Positions 20,301 to 34,150 of a stretch of 64,000 nucleotides of DNA are shown one piece after another. Origin of the DNA: Leptogorgia sarmentosa. Taxonomy: Eukaryota. Each line of letters opens with the position of its first letter. Position 1 is the first letter of the stretch. The stretch covers positions 5,952,001 through 6,016,000 of the forward strand of contig OZ210885.1 of NCBI GenBank assembly GCA_964658305.1, in the 5' to 3' direction. Under the pieces are notes generated by a model. The model was not told where the DNA came from. It did not search any database and saw only the letters and a program-made list of their open reading frames with translations. The translations under genes and the position numbers were made by a program.

Positions 20301-23300
20301 AAATAGTTTGTTTACCAGGGGCCGGTTGTATCAAAGGCATTTAGCTTAAACGGTGGATAAGTAAAAAATATCAAATAAGTTTATAGTCTTTATAAGCTAT
20401 AGACTAAAAGGAAACTAAACGTTTCTGTCTAAACATGACAACTATGCTTAGAACTACACATGCAGTTGATAAAATGTAGTTTCAATCATTTACAACACGA
20501 ATAGGAGTGAAAACATGCCTAACCCTTCATGGGCGTACTGGCCCTATCTTGTTTGGAGGGCATACTATTGTTTGCCCGACAGAACCGGTGGAACGACATT
20601 TGAAGTGGGGGAGGGAGCTAACATATACTGGGGGACGAAGCGAGAAATGGCATTTTCGAGGTGTCATAATGTACCTCTTTCGTTGTGTAATACATATTCA
20701 CCGTTCTGAAATACTTGTGCTTTGGAGTTGGAATACTTCATACAGGATGTTTTAGAGGATAATGATTTTCACCGTATAATTCGTGTTATATTGTTATATT
20801 TGAATTTTAGCTCAATTGCCTGACCGTGATGTCATCTCTAGTCCTATAGGTAGACATCTTCCATTAAGAACAACGTTCGCTTTCACGACTATGTTCTATA
20901 CTGATAATATTGTTGCATATATAATTCCGTCTCCATTAATTGAGCTACAAAAAACCTGCCATATTTCGTTCGATTAAAAACGTTAAAACATTTTCTCTCT
21001 ACAAATGACAACATGCAATAACTCGTCGCATCATTACATTCAACAACGCATATGGCATATCATCACCAGAAATCGCGGACATTCGCATTAGGGATATCTT
21101 GGGATATTGGTTTTCATTACTGTCCTTTATTATCCCCCGCTATCCCTTATTTCACTCTGCTTCGAAATTCAAAATGGCACGTCTAATGGAAGGAGTACCA
21201 TAGTAAATTACAGAGTCGACTAATCGACTCTTTACAATCGGACATTTGTTTTAAAACTGGAAGGAACCCCAAAGGAAAGTTCTATTCTGCGGAAAAAATG
21301 ATTTCCAGTGATTTCGCGCTTGATCTTCAGATTATCCATTCTCGTGAAATGGATCTACAATACTTATTGATTAAACTATGTGAATTACATCAGTTTAGAC
21401 AAAAATATTACAATGAGTCATTTCCGGAAATGTTTCGACTATGTTCGGCCGAAAAATTCTATTTTGAAAAGCGTTCGCAGCAGCCGAAGCTGTTTATGTT
21501 GCTCACGTGGACAGGGGCGAAATTTAAGGGGGGGTTAGTTAGGGGGGTGACTAACCCCCCCCCCCAATGCTTAACTTTGCAGGGCAAAGAGGGAGTTCGC
21601 AGGGCAAAACGAAATAAATATATATTCATTTGAAAAAAATTGACTATCAAGAGTTTGAAATTGCCATTAAAGTTTATATGAAACGTTTCTGTGCTTGTAA
21701 GCCGACTCGCGGAAAATACTTGCCCCCCGCCCCCCCTCCCCCCGCTCGCCAACAATTTAGGAATATTTTCTACGGTCCTGGTTATCTTGCAGGGTATTCC
21801 ATTTTCTTACAGGGCATTTTTGCCCATAACCCCACCATTGAGAAGGTGCAAGTTTCGCCCCTGGACGTGGAGATGCACTTATAGCCAGCTTCGGTTAAAA
21901 AAAGAAAACCAATAACAGCTAGGGGTAAGAAAGTGGTTGTTTTGAACTCTCTAACTAACGCTTATTTTCTGTATCATTCAAGAAGGTTAGCGTGCACATC
22001 TGGCGAGCGAGGTAATTAGTATGCAAAACGTTAGCGAGGGAAGTAATTAGTATGCATAAAGCCAATAGCGCTAATTAGTATGCAGAATGCCAACAGCGCC
22101 GGACCCAGATACGTATCCGCGGCATGTATTCCAGACACGTATCTGAGACACATGTTATAAAAGTGAACTTGCATGTATATAAGAAAGGTATAATTTTTCG
22201 GTAAAAGAGATATAATGAGTGTGTGTGGGACTGAAAGTTTAAAATAAAAGGACGTGTGACAGTTGAATAAATGTCAAATAGTAAAGTAAATATGCATGTA
22301 TTGTAATACAGAGGCGCACATGTATTGTCACATTGAATAATACAGTAGTCTTGACCCAAACCACTGTTCTGACCCTGATCTATTTCGGTTGCTCATGTTT
22401 TGAGAAAGGGCCAAATTTTTATTTTCAAACATTCATTTATGAACTTTTATTTTTAAACTTTTATAATCAAACTTTTATTTTTAAACTTGTATTTTTGAAC
22501 AACATGGTTCGTTTTATGATATAGCGTTACAGCGCTGCGCTACGAACGTTACAGGGGAAGTGTTTATTGATTCATGTTAATGATGTAGCGCTACAAAGCT
22601 AACAAATTGTGTTTAATGGTGTAGCGCTAGAAAGGTCACGACATGCATGTTGCAATAGTATTAATGAGACGATGATGATGTATAAAAGTAAGTGATAACG
22701 TAAGTAAAATAAAAGTAAGTGTAATAATAGTTAATAAAAGTTAATAAGTTAAAAGTGTAATAATAGTTAATAAAAGTAAGTGATAACAAGCACCTTTGCT
22801 TCGCAGATACAACAATCTTTGATTAATCATGCATGGCATCTGCACTCCAAACGATGTTCCCTCCGGCCTCCAGCTCAACAATACTGTAGGTGTATTGTAA
22901 ACAGAGTTTTAAACCTTGTATTTAAAAAACTTACGGCCTGTTCTGCACTCACAATACAAACCGCGTAAAAACGTTAGATTACATAATGTTCATGTCGGAA
23001 CAAGATCCATCGACTCATCGAGTGTTCGTTTTTTCGATGAAGCATCCGTCTTAAAACAAAGCCAAAACCGCGTGTATAGACACAGTAAGAAAGGACAACC
23101 GGCTGTTGAAGTTAAGCGCTATACACTTCTAACTGTCATTAGTAGAATCATACTCGTATACTATTGCAAATGCTGCAATTTGATTGGCTACTCTACTCGA
23201 TATCTATTCCTCGATAGATAGCGAGTAGCAAAATATGTGAATTTTCGTTCAAGAAAATGTCTTCTGAGACGTGTTTTTAAATTACTTTTTGCAATATTTT

Positions 23301-23413
23301 CATGTTTGATCTCTGATTCTACTAAAACAATTAGATTACTCGCTCTCGATTTCTACGAGATGATATCACCTCATAGAAATCTCGAGCTCGTAATCTAATT
23401 GTTAATTATTACA

Positions 23414-23730
23414 CGGTTAACCTTTTGCATGCATAGTCGTTTTGAACCACTTTAACATCCTGAATGGTCCGTCTTATGTATTGGAAATGCTCATTTTTTT
23501 TGAAGAATGCTTTTACTTGGTCGATCCTGTCTATGGCAATGCCCTGCTGTCGAATGGAGACATTATTGTTATGGACAACTGTGCATGGATTTAATCATGG
23601 CGCATTTGCCGAAAATGAACTGCGAACAATATTGTGAAATAATGACGTAAATTTTGTGTTTCAGCCCCCGTACACTCCTGACATTAATACGCGCAAATTT
23701 TGGTCTAGATTTATGAAACTACATTTAAGA
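23414..23730 (+). pseudogene. IS630/Tc1-mariner-like transposase remnant
   Basis: Broken frame GDIIVMDNC/GFNHG...ELRTIL*...VFQPPYTPDIN. Confidence 0.65.
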
Positions 23731-24890
23731 AGAGGGTGGTAAAGGGTATTTTCGTGATCCGTGAATGGCCAATAATATTGCTCTCGAGAAATATGAAATG
23801 AATAAATTTTGTGTCGTGAAACATGATTTGAATTGCCGCCGTGAGCCGTGATCATCGATAAACGCTCCGTGAAACGAGAATTAAGCTGTCTTCGTCGTGA
23901 ATTGTGATTTTGTCTAACAGGCAGTGCAATGCTTTGAGTGTAAAATTTCGCATACTCCAGTTACCGTCACTTACCGATGTGCTAACAGATAGACGAATAT
24001 GTGTTATTATTTTATTATTGCTATAATCAAAAGACCAAATGAAAACAAGATGGAATGAACGGAAAGAGATGGATTTTTCTCACAAATGGCCTGGCTGAAT
24101 GTGTTGGTGTTTTTTTTCAAGCACCATTCTTAATTTTAGCCACAGAACGGAGAACAAGTCACAACTGGAAAGAGATAGTTACGGACATGCGCAGATACTG
24201 ATGTTGTAAAAATTCTATTTTTCCCATTTTCAAGCCGTTTCACTGAATAGCCGTAGTTTTAATATTCTTCGGTAAAACTTTTCCAAATTTTGGTAATTAC
24301 CAAGATATTAACCAACATATTAACTTTATCATAATCCCATTTATTGGTGCAATTTTCCCGTAAGTTTCGTGAGAATATCTTACAAAATAAAGAAATGACG
24401 GACCTTAATGCGCAAAAGTTTGCTACAACGTAAGTGCAGGGAGCACCTCTGTGTTGGAATAGTCTTAGTATAGTCACCTAATTTAGCTTCGTGGCAACAC
24501 GCGTGTTTCGCGCGATCGCGCCAAAGGGAGGGTCACGTGAGTTTTGAGAAAAAAACAGTTCACTGGAGGAAACATTCAAAAAAGGTCCGCCATTGCTGAT
24601 TTGTACCTAAAACAGTGTTTTACCGACAAATATTAAAGACAACTATGTTTCATTTATTGTAAAGTTTATAGTCCGTGTGATTGTTTGTTTACTGTGTCGT
24701 GTTAAATCTTGTTTACGGGTTCGCGTTTGGGTTTGTTTCTTACTGCATCCCAGTACAACTTCAATTTACGCATATTTTACTACTGGTATTATACAATGAA
24801 ATTATACCTTGACTTTGTTTCGGTGAATATTCACCGATATCACGTCGGCGTCGGTAAATAATTGTCAATTGTTATAGTACAATTAATTAC

Positions 24891-25214
24891 GGGAAATATT
24901 ACATCCCGGGCGGAGAGAGAGGTTGAGCCAGCTATACATCAGCAGTTTCATTAGTAAAATTTCTTCGGATACTTCAGTATTTTTACAAAATAAACCAAAC
25001 CCAAACGGTAAACCTGACCCTAACAAGTCTTCCAGTTCATAAGGTTAGGGTCAGGTTTACCGTTTGGGTTTGGTTTATTTTGTAAAAATAAATGGACTTT
25101 AAAACATGAATGTATATAATTCTACTCCTGAAGTATCCGATGTAATTTTACTAATGAAACTGCTGATGTATAGCTGGCTCAACCTCTCTCTCCGCCCGGG
25201 ATGTAATGTTTCCC
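24891..25214. mobile_element. Near-perfect foldback MITE with central CCCTAAC/GTTAGGG arms
   Basis: ~135-bp arms GGGAAA.ATTACATCCCGGGCGGAGAGAGAGGTTGAGCC... and reverse complement; TAC on both flanks. Confidence 0.8.
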
Positions 25215-25586
25215 TACAATTACACGCTATAGTACAATTACACGCTATAGTACGATCGGATTGGTCATTTCAACCAAAGCAAACGTGTACTTTTGAACAA
25301 TAAAATACACTTTTTACTATAATTTGGGTGAGATCCCATGTTATGTTTTCTTCTTTTTCAAAAAAAAGCGAACCGCCAAGCCCAATATAACTTCTAGCAT
25401 TGGCATCAGAATGTCTTTGGTTATAAAAGCTTTGGTTATTCCCGAGTCATTTTTATCCAGTTGATGTTTCTAAATATAAATTAAAGATGGTGATTGTTAC
25501 AAGAAGTTAGGAATTACATCATTTTCAGAACACTGACCTGAAGCACGCCAACCAAATCAGTGAAGCCAAAATGACGCCATCGTCGA

Positions 25587-26165
25587 CATGTTTTGGTGCT
25601 AAAAATTCCATTTTCGAAGTTTTACCATGCTGATTTCTGCGCCAAAAAATACGCCGTTACATTTTGAAAACGTACCAGTTTTTATGTCAGCAAAACCAGG
25701 GCATGGTCAAGAACTGACGAAGATTGTGAAAAAAAGGCACTTAAAGCTTTTACAAATGATTTTAAGCTGAATCCCGTATTCAAACATTGAAATATTTACT
25801 CGACAATCTTGGAAATTTGGGGAGGAAAACTCGACATCTATCTATGCGATCTCTTCTAAACAAAATGCCGACCAACACTGATTTGGGTCGAAACATTTAG
25901 TATGAACTATGAAGTGTGAACTTTTCCAGTTGGGAGATGAGAACGGACACACCAGCGATCTCTGGAAATCACCTCGGCTCAACAGGATAATTCCAAAGAA
26001 CGAATTTCGCAAATTTTTGTCATCTGATCCTTTCGATACACCGCATTTGTTCACACGTTTTCTTGAACACGTCTTGAAATAAGCACTGCTACGGTTTCAA
26101 AATGTAACGGCGCTTAATTTTTTTTCAAAAACTTTGAAATTCGAATTTTGTAGCACCAAAACATG
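25587..26165. mobile_element. MITE with long imperfect TIRs
   Basis: CATGTTTTGGTGCTA...CGCCGTTACATTTTGAAA mirrored by TTTCAAAATGTAACGGCG...TAGCACCAAAACATG. Confidence 0.65.
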
Positions 26166-28400
26166 GCCGCGATGCGAATATCGAATCTGCCGACAGTCGA
26201 CCATCTCATTTGATAGTCATTCCATTATTATATGAACATTAGCATTAGCAATAAGTATTATAAAAATTTTAAAGGGAAGACCTGGTAGCTTGACGGGCTA
26301 TGGTGTAGTGGTATAAGCATGCGGAGCCCAGTGAAACGTGTCTGGGTTCGGCTCCTGTTAGTGCGCTGTTTTTTTCGTCAATTTTTTTCTTCAAAATTTT
26401 TTCTTTAAAATTTGGTCTATAACGTTAATGGCCTGTTGAATTTCTTATTATTCTAATTCGAAGTTAATTTTAAAAAATTCTGCCTTTTGCTCCAAAATGA
26501 TTTCTATCGTAATTTAATCTGCAAGTGTTTGTCTAAACGCTGAACGTGTTGCTTTTCTGTTAAAAATTGCGCCTACAGGTTTTTGGGCTGTATAAAAACA
26601 GCTTGCAGTTTTGGACGACACTACACATGTCGAAGCAAGCTTCGAAGTCACGACGTGGTAGATGGCTTTTTTCTGCGGTTTCCAACTTTTTCCAAGTTGT
26701 AAAAGTGGATTATAAGCACAGCAGAAAGCAAAATGCAGCCAAAATTTTTCCCAACATTTTTTTGTATACACATTAGATTTTGAAAATTCCCGCAAGCACA
26801 CGCTATTGCCATGCACGCATTCTAATTCACGCATGCTCAAACAAATCTCCCACTTGTTGGTTAATGCGTTCCTTAACCAGGTTGCAAATGGCCGTGTGGA
26901 ATCAGTACCTCGATCAAGCCTGACTTCAATTGATGATGGGTGAATAAACATGTCTTTAAAATAACCGAAATTAAAAACATAGCAAATCTGAATAATGCCC
27001 ATGTAAAAATTGTATCAGAATATCTAACTTTCAGAATAACCAACGTTTCGAAATGAAGTACATTGATATTAATTAGAGTTGAGCCTGCGTTAAAGAAACG
27101 TTTGGATGCGTACTGTATTTTTTGTAGTAAATAGAAACCTGAAATTATACGCTATGAAATGTACTGCCTCTTTTAACGAACCAAAATTATAATGAAATTT
27201 GTAATAGTCTACTGCACTTACTTTTGTTAATGCTTCAATATCCTCTTCTTGCTGTAAAATAGAAACAAAAAAAGTTACCTTTAATTTTTGCTTTGCAGTG
27301 TGAAGACCGTTTGGCATTCACTTGTTTAACTTGGCATGCGTTTCATGGTTTGCACAACCTCACTTCGATACAGCAACCAAAAGTTTGAGATAGCGCACCA
27401 TAGGCAATATTGATAGCGTTATCTCGATGAATGTTGACACAACCTCATTGCTGGTAAAGTAGCCTGAATAAATTGTAAGGCACCCCTCTAACGAGCAGGC
27501 GCTGACCTATTGTATCCCGGCTAACTAATCCCATCATTCATTGTGCTCAAATAATTGTGATATTACTGTATTTCACAAACATAACACAGTTTTTCAGTGT
27601 TCTCGCCCATTTCTCAACATTGAGATAAAATGCAATTTCTGCCACGGGGGAAAATATAATACAAAACATAATCCGAAGATTAACATCTTGAAACCCAAGA
27701 TATGAGTTAAAACAGGACAAGAATGAGTTTGTGATATTTCGATTTTATTACAAAATCATTATCAGACTGACTGACTGATGATGATTTTGTAATAAAATCG
27801 AAATATCACAAACTCATTCGGATTATGTATAAATACAAAATTTTGTATTATAAACAAAGTGCATAGATCTGCAAAATGCACGTCAGTGACGTCACCATAT
27901 AAAATTATGCATCGTTGCTTTAATATGCGAATAAAAATTGCCCACGTTGGATGAATATTCGTATTAATAGAATTTTTTTGCACTTACTTTTTTTTTCAAT
28001 TCTTCAATATCCTTGTTATGCTGAAGGATTAAAAATACAAGCTATTGTACTACTAAATGTACTATTTAATTTTTGTCAAAATGTTTAGTGTATGGAGTTA
28101 AAACGTCATGTCAACCTGTATGTCAAAAATGTTCAGTACGTGCTTCTCTTGGAATGTGTTCAATGTACAATTTAACTATATAAAATAAGAGCGAGGAGAA
28201 CATCATCGCAAATATGAGCTGAAATAAAACTCACTGATTAATTAAAATGACATCAAACAAACAAATTCGTTTAATTTTAGCATCGCGTAGTCATCGAAAA
28301 TGAGATTAAAAATTAAGTATAGAAATAATGGCTACCCTGCTTCATGTTTACTGTGAATGTAATAAACAAGCTTCTGAGATAATTATGACACATCTCATAC

Positions 28401-29047
28401 CATTTCTTTTATCATCTTCTTCTCTTCATCATTGCCCCATGTACTCTCCAGGATTCTCGCTGGTTCTTCAAACTCACTGCCAAGATCACCAATCAACTCC
28501 CAGACTGGTAAGTAAGCATCTGAACTGCCACGGTCAATAACTGCCCAAGTGGAATTATTTGCCAGCATTTTCTCGAATGCCTTAGGATCTGTCGTTGCAG
28601 GACCCATAGCTTGAGAGGAAAAGGTGTATAAAATACCATCAACCTTCTCGCTATGGTTCTCTGTATTGCCACTGCTGTCACTGTGTTCGCCCCTGATGCT
28701 TTTGCAAATTCCACCAACTCCTAAAGCAGATGCAGCTGATATCTGACCCTGAAGCTGTTGCGTCGCTTTCTCCATCAAAACGGATGTCGCTTCCGTGCTT
28801 GTGCTTTCGGCATCAACGATACGGAAAAGAACACCACCAAGTGTGTGGAGTCCGGCAGGAAAATGACTTCCGTAGCGTTGCATGAACCGACGGGCGGTCT
28901 TCTCATCTTTAATCGTTCTTGCCATTTTTTTGGCGCTCCTACTTAATTGCAACTGCTCCTGCGGAATGGTGAACGTTTTTTTGGCAACCCAAAAATACTG
29001 TACCACTGATGCGTTGGTGGTTTGCGTTTTCTCTGATGTTGCTTTTT
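28401..29047 (-). CDS. Exon of GVIN1/VLIG-like gene with MACPF-like signature
   Basis: FMQRYGSHFPAGLHTLGGVLF (Y-G-S-H-x6-GG MACPF motif), WAVIDRG..PVWELI; TTTTACAG acceptor (phase 1) and ATG|GTATGA donor (phase 0). Confidence 0.8.
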
Positions 29048-29949
29048 CTGTAAAATAACAAAAATTAAAATCATAGTTATGACAAAAAATGAATAACAAT
29101 GCACAGTGAGTAACAAACAATCCATCATTCCAAGAAATTAAAAGTTGCAAACATTCGATGCCTCGAGAAAAAACCCTTTGACGAGATGAAGGGCATTTGA
29201 TCGAAACAGAAGAACATTTGATGATTCGTAATATCCACGATTTAACGTGGGACTACCTTTTTTCTAAAGTTCCAATTCGTATACATTTTTTTCAGTTGAA
29301 GGTATGGATATCAGAGTGTGTAATATCAGTAGACCCTCGCAATTTTGGAATGGGAAGTTTTGCAGCAATTTTTTGTAGCCAGTTCCGAGAAATTGAGAAT
29401 TTTTGGAGCATGATAAGAACAGAATGAACAAGTTTCTTCAGAGGAAAATGAATGTAAAGAAATTATTTACTTGCAAAAATTATTTCGTAGGCGGCAAACC
29501 AAATGTAGACCGAATCGATAGACGGTCAGTAGAAACTTTGGTGGTCGATGGCATCATTTATTCGTGCCCAGCTCCCTGCATGACGCTGAAACTAACCCTA
29601 ACCCTAAAGCTAATTCTGATCCTAACCTTTAAAATTAATAAAGTTTTGAAGAACATTATAAATATGCGCAGTTTTCAAAACAAATGGTTAAAAAATCTTT
29701 GGTAAGATCAAAGAATAAATTGAATGAAAAGTATGAGGATCGAATGACGAGGATCGAAGTCATCGAACACTGGTGAATTGCGCTCCGCATGCATTACTAC
29801 TCGCTAATTGCTCCAGCTGTCTAATTCCCAATTTGAAACATTTATAATGCTTATTCCTAATGCACTGCTGTTCATATAAAACTAACTAGTTTTCCTCCGA
29901 CTGTCCATACTATGAAATCTAGATAATTAGTGAAATACTTTCTTCATAC

Positions 29950-30637
29950 CTTTGCTACATCTGCTTGCCTCGCTTTCATTTACATCTCCAACAGACAGTG
30001 GGCTAAGTAAAGCAATTCTACGTCCGATGCAGCTGCTTGAAGATTTTACCAGTTGAACGTATTTGGCAGCAGCCCGGCTTTGAGAAAATTTCTCGTATTC
30101 TACCTGAATTGCGTTATTAGGACTTGACAGGGTCAATTCACTAGGCATTTCAATAAGTGGTAATTCAGCCGTTTTTGGAGGCTCGTGTTCAGAATGATAT
30201 ATTGCACAAAGCGCGCGACCACCGCTGGCCTTTCTGACCACTTCTAGGTCACTCTCGTAGGCTTCACCAACTTCAACCCCGATGTTCATTTGCTCTATAA
30301 TCCCATCCAACTGTCCGAAAAGTTCCTCAGGTTTGAGTCCGATATCATGTTTATTCCATGTAGGAGGAAGTTGAAGGATTTCCGAGACTTCTGCCATTTT
30401 TTGGTCCGCAGCTTTCTTTGCTTCCTCGGATTGCTGTTTTGCCATTTCTTTCGCTTCATTCATCAACACTTTAGCTTTATGAAGTTTCTCTTGAACAATA
30501 GTCTTTTGGACTTTCCCTTTTGCAGCCATTTCTTGAACATCTGTTGGACCAGCTTTCTCTCCGATTCGAGTATTTGCAATTTTAACCAGAACATTCACAT
30601 CTTCCCTTTCTCGAGAAGTAGCTTCCTCCCAATATTC
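29950..30637 (-). CDS. Exon of GVIN1/VLIG-like gene (coiled coil, EVVRKASGGRALCAIY)
   Basis: AATTAG acceptor phase 0, AAAG|GTATGA donor phase 1; ASGGxAL motif resembles the GVIN1 N-terminus. Confidence 0.75.
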
Positions 30638-30876
30638 CTAATTAGATAAACATAGAATTACTAGCACATGAATTATCGTCAGGCGTTAGAGTAAGGAGCA
30701 ATTTGATATTAGCAATTGGGGTGACTCATTCAGCAGTGCATCGTGATTCACACGGATTTAAATGCATTTTATCTGATAATTATTTTATTTTTAATTGTGA
30801 AATTCATGCTGAGTGGGGTGGGGGCTGTGACTGAGGGGAGGGGAGAAACATGCCTGATTACAACCTAATATCCCAC

Positions 30877-31370
30877 CTCAAGATCTTGGGCTGACATTTT
30901 GGAAAGTGATTGAAACGATGGAGCCACTTTAACAAGCTTTGTGACCCAGTTTTTTCTCACATCAATTCCTTTGGCACTCAGTCCACCAAGAACTTCAAGT
31001 TTCGGGGACAGCCTTCTTCTTACGGCATCTAATCCATCATCGCTTTTCGGGTGATTGAAAAAATATTGGGCGAGTTCTTCTACAGTGGTTAGATATTTCA
31101 CCACAAGATCAAGTGCTTCCATTTTCAAGCCCTTTTCTTCAACCAGTTCCTTCAAATCGCCACTCAACCCGCAACATGAGACAGCCCTAAGTTCAGAATG
31201 AAGCTCCTCCTTCATATTTCTGTCGGTAATTTCCGATATCCTTTTCATTAAATCACGGATGAGCCCTTCGCATACTTTGGGATTATTCTCTTGCTCCAGG
31301 CTTTTAATTCGCGCCTTTAGTTTTTCCACTTGCTCTTTTGTATTTGACGTCACTTCGCTTTTAACGTTTT
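30877..31370 (-). CDS. Exon of GVIN1/VLIG-like gene (helical N-terminal part)
   Basis: CCTTTAG acceptor phase 1, GAG|GTGGGA donor phase 0, open frame. Confidence 0.7.
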
Positions 31371-31415
31371 CTAAAGGATGGAGAAATATTTCTAAAATAG
31401 GCGACACTCTGCTTA

Positions 31416-31860
31416 TGTAAGACATGGGCTACCTATGACGCGCATGTGCGGGACCGACAGAGAACACATGTTGAGGTATGACTTTGTTGGGCATTTGTAA
31501 GCGTTTGTAACATAAATAAAATCATTCTCTTTGTCTCGTCTAGTTATTATTAACAAGACAGTACTACCCGAGAGTATAAGTTCCCAGGAGAAGGGGATAT
31601 TCGAGAATACGAAAAACGACGAGAAAGCAGGTCAGTATTTGGCAGTGTTTTTTAAAGATGATGCCAAAGCATTTTACCACCAACAGTCAGGGACTGAGGT
31701 GAGGATGAGTTATAGACAACTCTCACAGACATTGAAAGAGAGATACAAGGGGGCTTAGCGTTGTTAAAGTATAAGAAAGAGTTCAATGCTAGAAATCGAA
31801 AGGACGGTGAGTCATTACATTCATATTTGACTTGCGGCTGTCGTATTAAAGAGCTTATAA
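31416..31860 (+). mobile_element. Gypsy-like LTR (TG...CA, ~31416-31554) plus gag remnant
   Basis: TGTAAGAC...ATTAACA with AATAAA; DEKAGQYLAVF..DAKAFY...LKERY/ALLKYKKEFNARNRKDGESL. Confidence 0.55.
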
Positions 31861-33011
31861 AGTAGACCCTCTACCTGAAGACGCCACTTCTTGCTCTTCT
31901 GTACTCGACGTCGCTTCGCTTTCAACGTTTTCTAAAGAATGGAGAAATATTTCTAAAATAGGTGACACTTTGCCGTTGTCTGTTTACTTATAAATGCTTT
32001 ACCCGAATTTCTTTTTGTTGATGACAAATACAAAAGTAAGGTAGCAGCCTGTAGAGTTGGCATGTGCATAAAAGGTTTTATACGCCTAATCGCCTCAATA
32101 GAAGTGCTTACGTCACGCTAGTGTCAAAAACAATGAATTGCAATGCAATGTGGGAAACATGTGGGAATAAATTTAACTGTATTTACATGCATTGAAAAAC
32201 CATTTGACATAAGCACTTCAAAAGTCTATTCCTGCACTGCCTATCTACATATTTTTTCAATGTGTGTCTTTCCCAACTCAATTATCAAAGGGTATCCAAA
32301 AAGTATCAATTCAAGAAACTGGAGCTCTACTTAATAGAACACTTCGGTGCATGCGAGTGTCAGTGGAACTACAACACCTTTCCGCAGAAAAGAACTTGAA
32401 GTGGTTCACGACTTTGTTATGAATATGCTAAAGCTGCTGTAGCCGTTTACGACTCTAATATTATTATAAGCGTGGACTCGAACATTAGCATGTCTACAAT
32501 TTAGAAAACATAAAACTTAAAACGCGTTTTCCCTCTTTTTAAGAGAGAAACTTCAATGGTTCGGACTTTTTACTTTCATGTATATATATATATGTAAGGT
32601 TTTCTGATTCAAATAAAACTTCTTACACGTGCGCATGCTAAGGGCTTGCCGTAAATCATTTCTTGGGATATTTCGCGCGGTTGAATATTTATAATATTAC
32701 GTCATTTTAGTTCTCTTTTAATTTGAGTTAGTCCACAAAACAAGCCTGGACGCTTATAGTTCGAACATTTTACTACTATAAAATGATGAATTAGGTTCGT
32801 TTCAATCACTCTAAGTGTCAGTAGAATGAGCATGAAACTGATTTGAGAAGACTTAGTGTGACAAGGCCCTGAAATGAGCAGAGATGGAGTGCTGGACCTT
32901 TGAAATAAAGTTTTTAACTTCTAACATATATATGGAACGACGGTTCACAGCCAGTACAGCACATGAATGCTGATTGGTGAATTATTCTCACTGGTAGTTC
33001 TAGCAAACAAT

Positions 33012-33170
33012 GAACAGCACACGTCGCCAGCGTAGGTAGCACTTCAGGAAAACAAACAAGAGCAGTAACGATAAGGACAGCGAAGGGTCCGACGAAGGCT
33101 CTTCGGTCGAAACGTCGAATCTGTTTTATCGTTTAGATAGTGAGATTATCATTGCTGCTCTTGTTCGTTA
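33012..33170 (+). mobile_element. Penelope-type short insertion with hammerhead-ribozyme-like core
   Basis: 13-bp direct repeat TCTAGCAAACAAT at 32999-33011 and 33171-33183; CCGACGA-AGGCTCTTCGGTC-GAAACGTC inside a long hairpin. Confidence 0.65.
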
Positions 33171-33755
33171 TCTAGCAAACAATAGCACTTAAGTTTGCAA
33201 TGAAAACAATAGGCAGGCTTCATGCTATTCATTTAATCCCTGGGGGACGTTCCCAGCATAAGTATAGCGTGAGGCCGCGGACTTTCCACAGTTTTCTACG
33301 AAGACGGTCAAGCTGAAGGAACAACAGACACGAGGGGCTCACCGGTGAATTCTCTTGGCTTCTCTTCTATCTCTCTGACTATGTGAGTATATGTTAGAGA
33401 CGTAGAGTCATATATGATTCATAGTATTATCGTTTGTACCTAAATCAAAGGTGTATGGCTCATCCGGCAAGTCTGACAGATTTTTATTGCAGTGTATATA
33501 AAATAGCACGAAAATCGGATAAATTAGAAGTCATAGCTAATAGCTATAACTATAGCCAATAATGCACTCGTACATAAATGAAAGAAAATTATATATTCCT
33601 AAGTTTAACCTAATTATTCCTAAAATGATTCAATTTTTTATCTATCTGCATCTGCATGGTAGATTGCATAACAAGTTTAGTCAAAAGTGCATTTACATTA
33701 TTTTTACTTGAGAGACTGTGTTGTAGTAAACATTTACATTTTGCCGTAAAACCTC

Positions 33756-34150
33756 GTTCCGGGTTTTACAGATTCCGGCTTTTCATGTTCCGGGTTTTAC
33801 AGATTCCGGCTGTTCTCGTTCCGGGTTTTACAGATTCCGGCTTTTCATGTTTCGGGTTTTACAGATTCCGGCTTTTCATGTTCCGTGTATTACAGATTCC
33901 GGCTTTTTATGTTCCAGGTTTTACAGATTCCAGCTTTTCTCGTTCCGGGTTTTACAGATTCCGGCTTTTCATGTTCCGGGTATTACAGATTCCGGCTTTT
34001 TATGTTCCAGGTTTTACAGATTCCAGCTTTTCTCGTTCCGGGTTTTACAGATTCCAGCTTTTCTCGTTCCGGGTTTTACAGATTTCGGCTTTTCTCGTTC
34101 CGTTCCTCGTTCCGTTCCCAGATTCCCCGTTTCTTGTTTTACAGATAGCC
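33756..34150 (+). repeat. 31-bp minisatellite (~12 copies)
   Basis: GTTCCGGGTTTTACAGATTCCGGCTTTTCAT-like units in tandem, no spacers. Confidence 0.95.

Noticed and set aside
26514..27480. Integrase-like (RLDRGT) and BEN-like fragments on the minus strand
   Set aside because: Too degraded to assign by eye.
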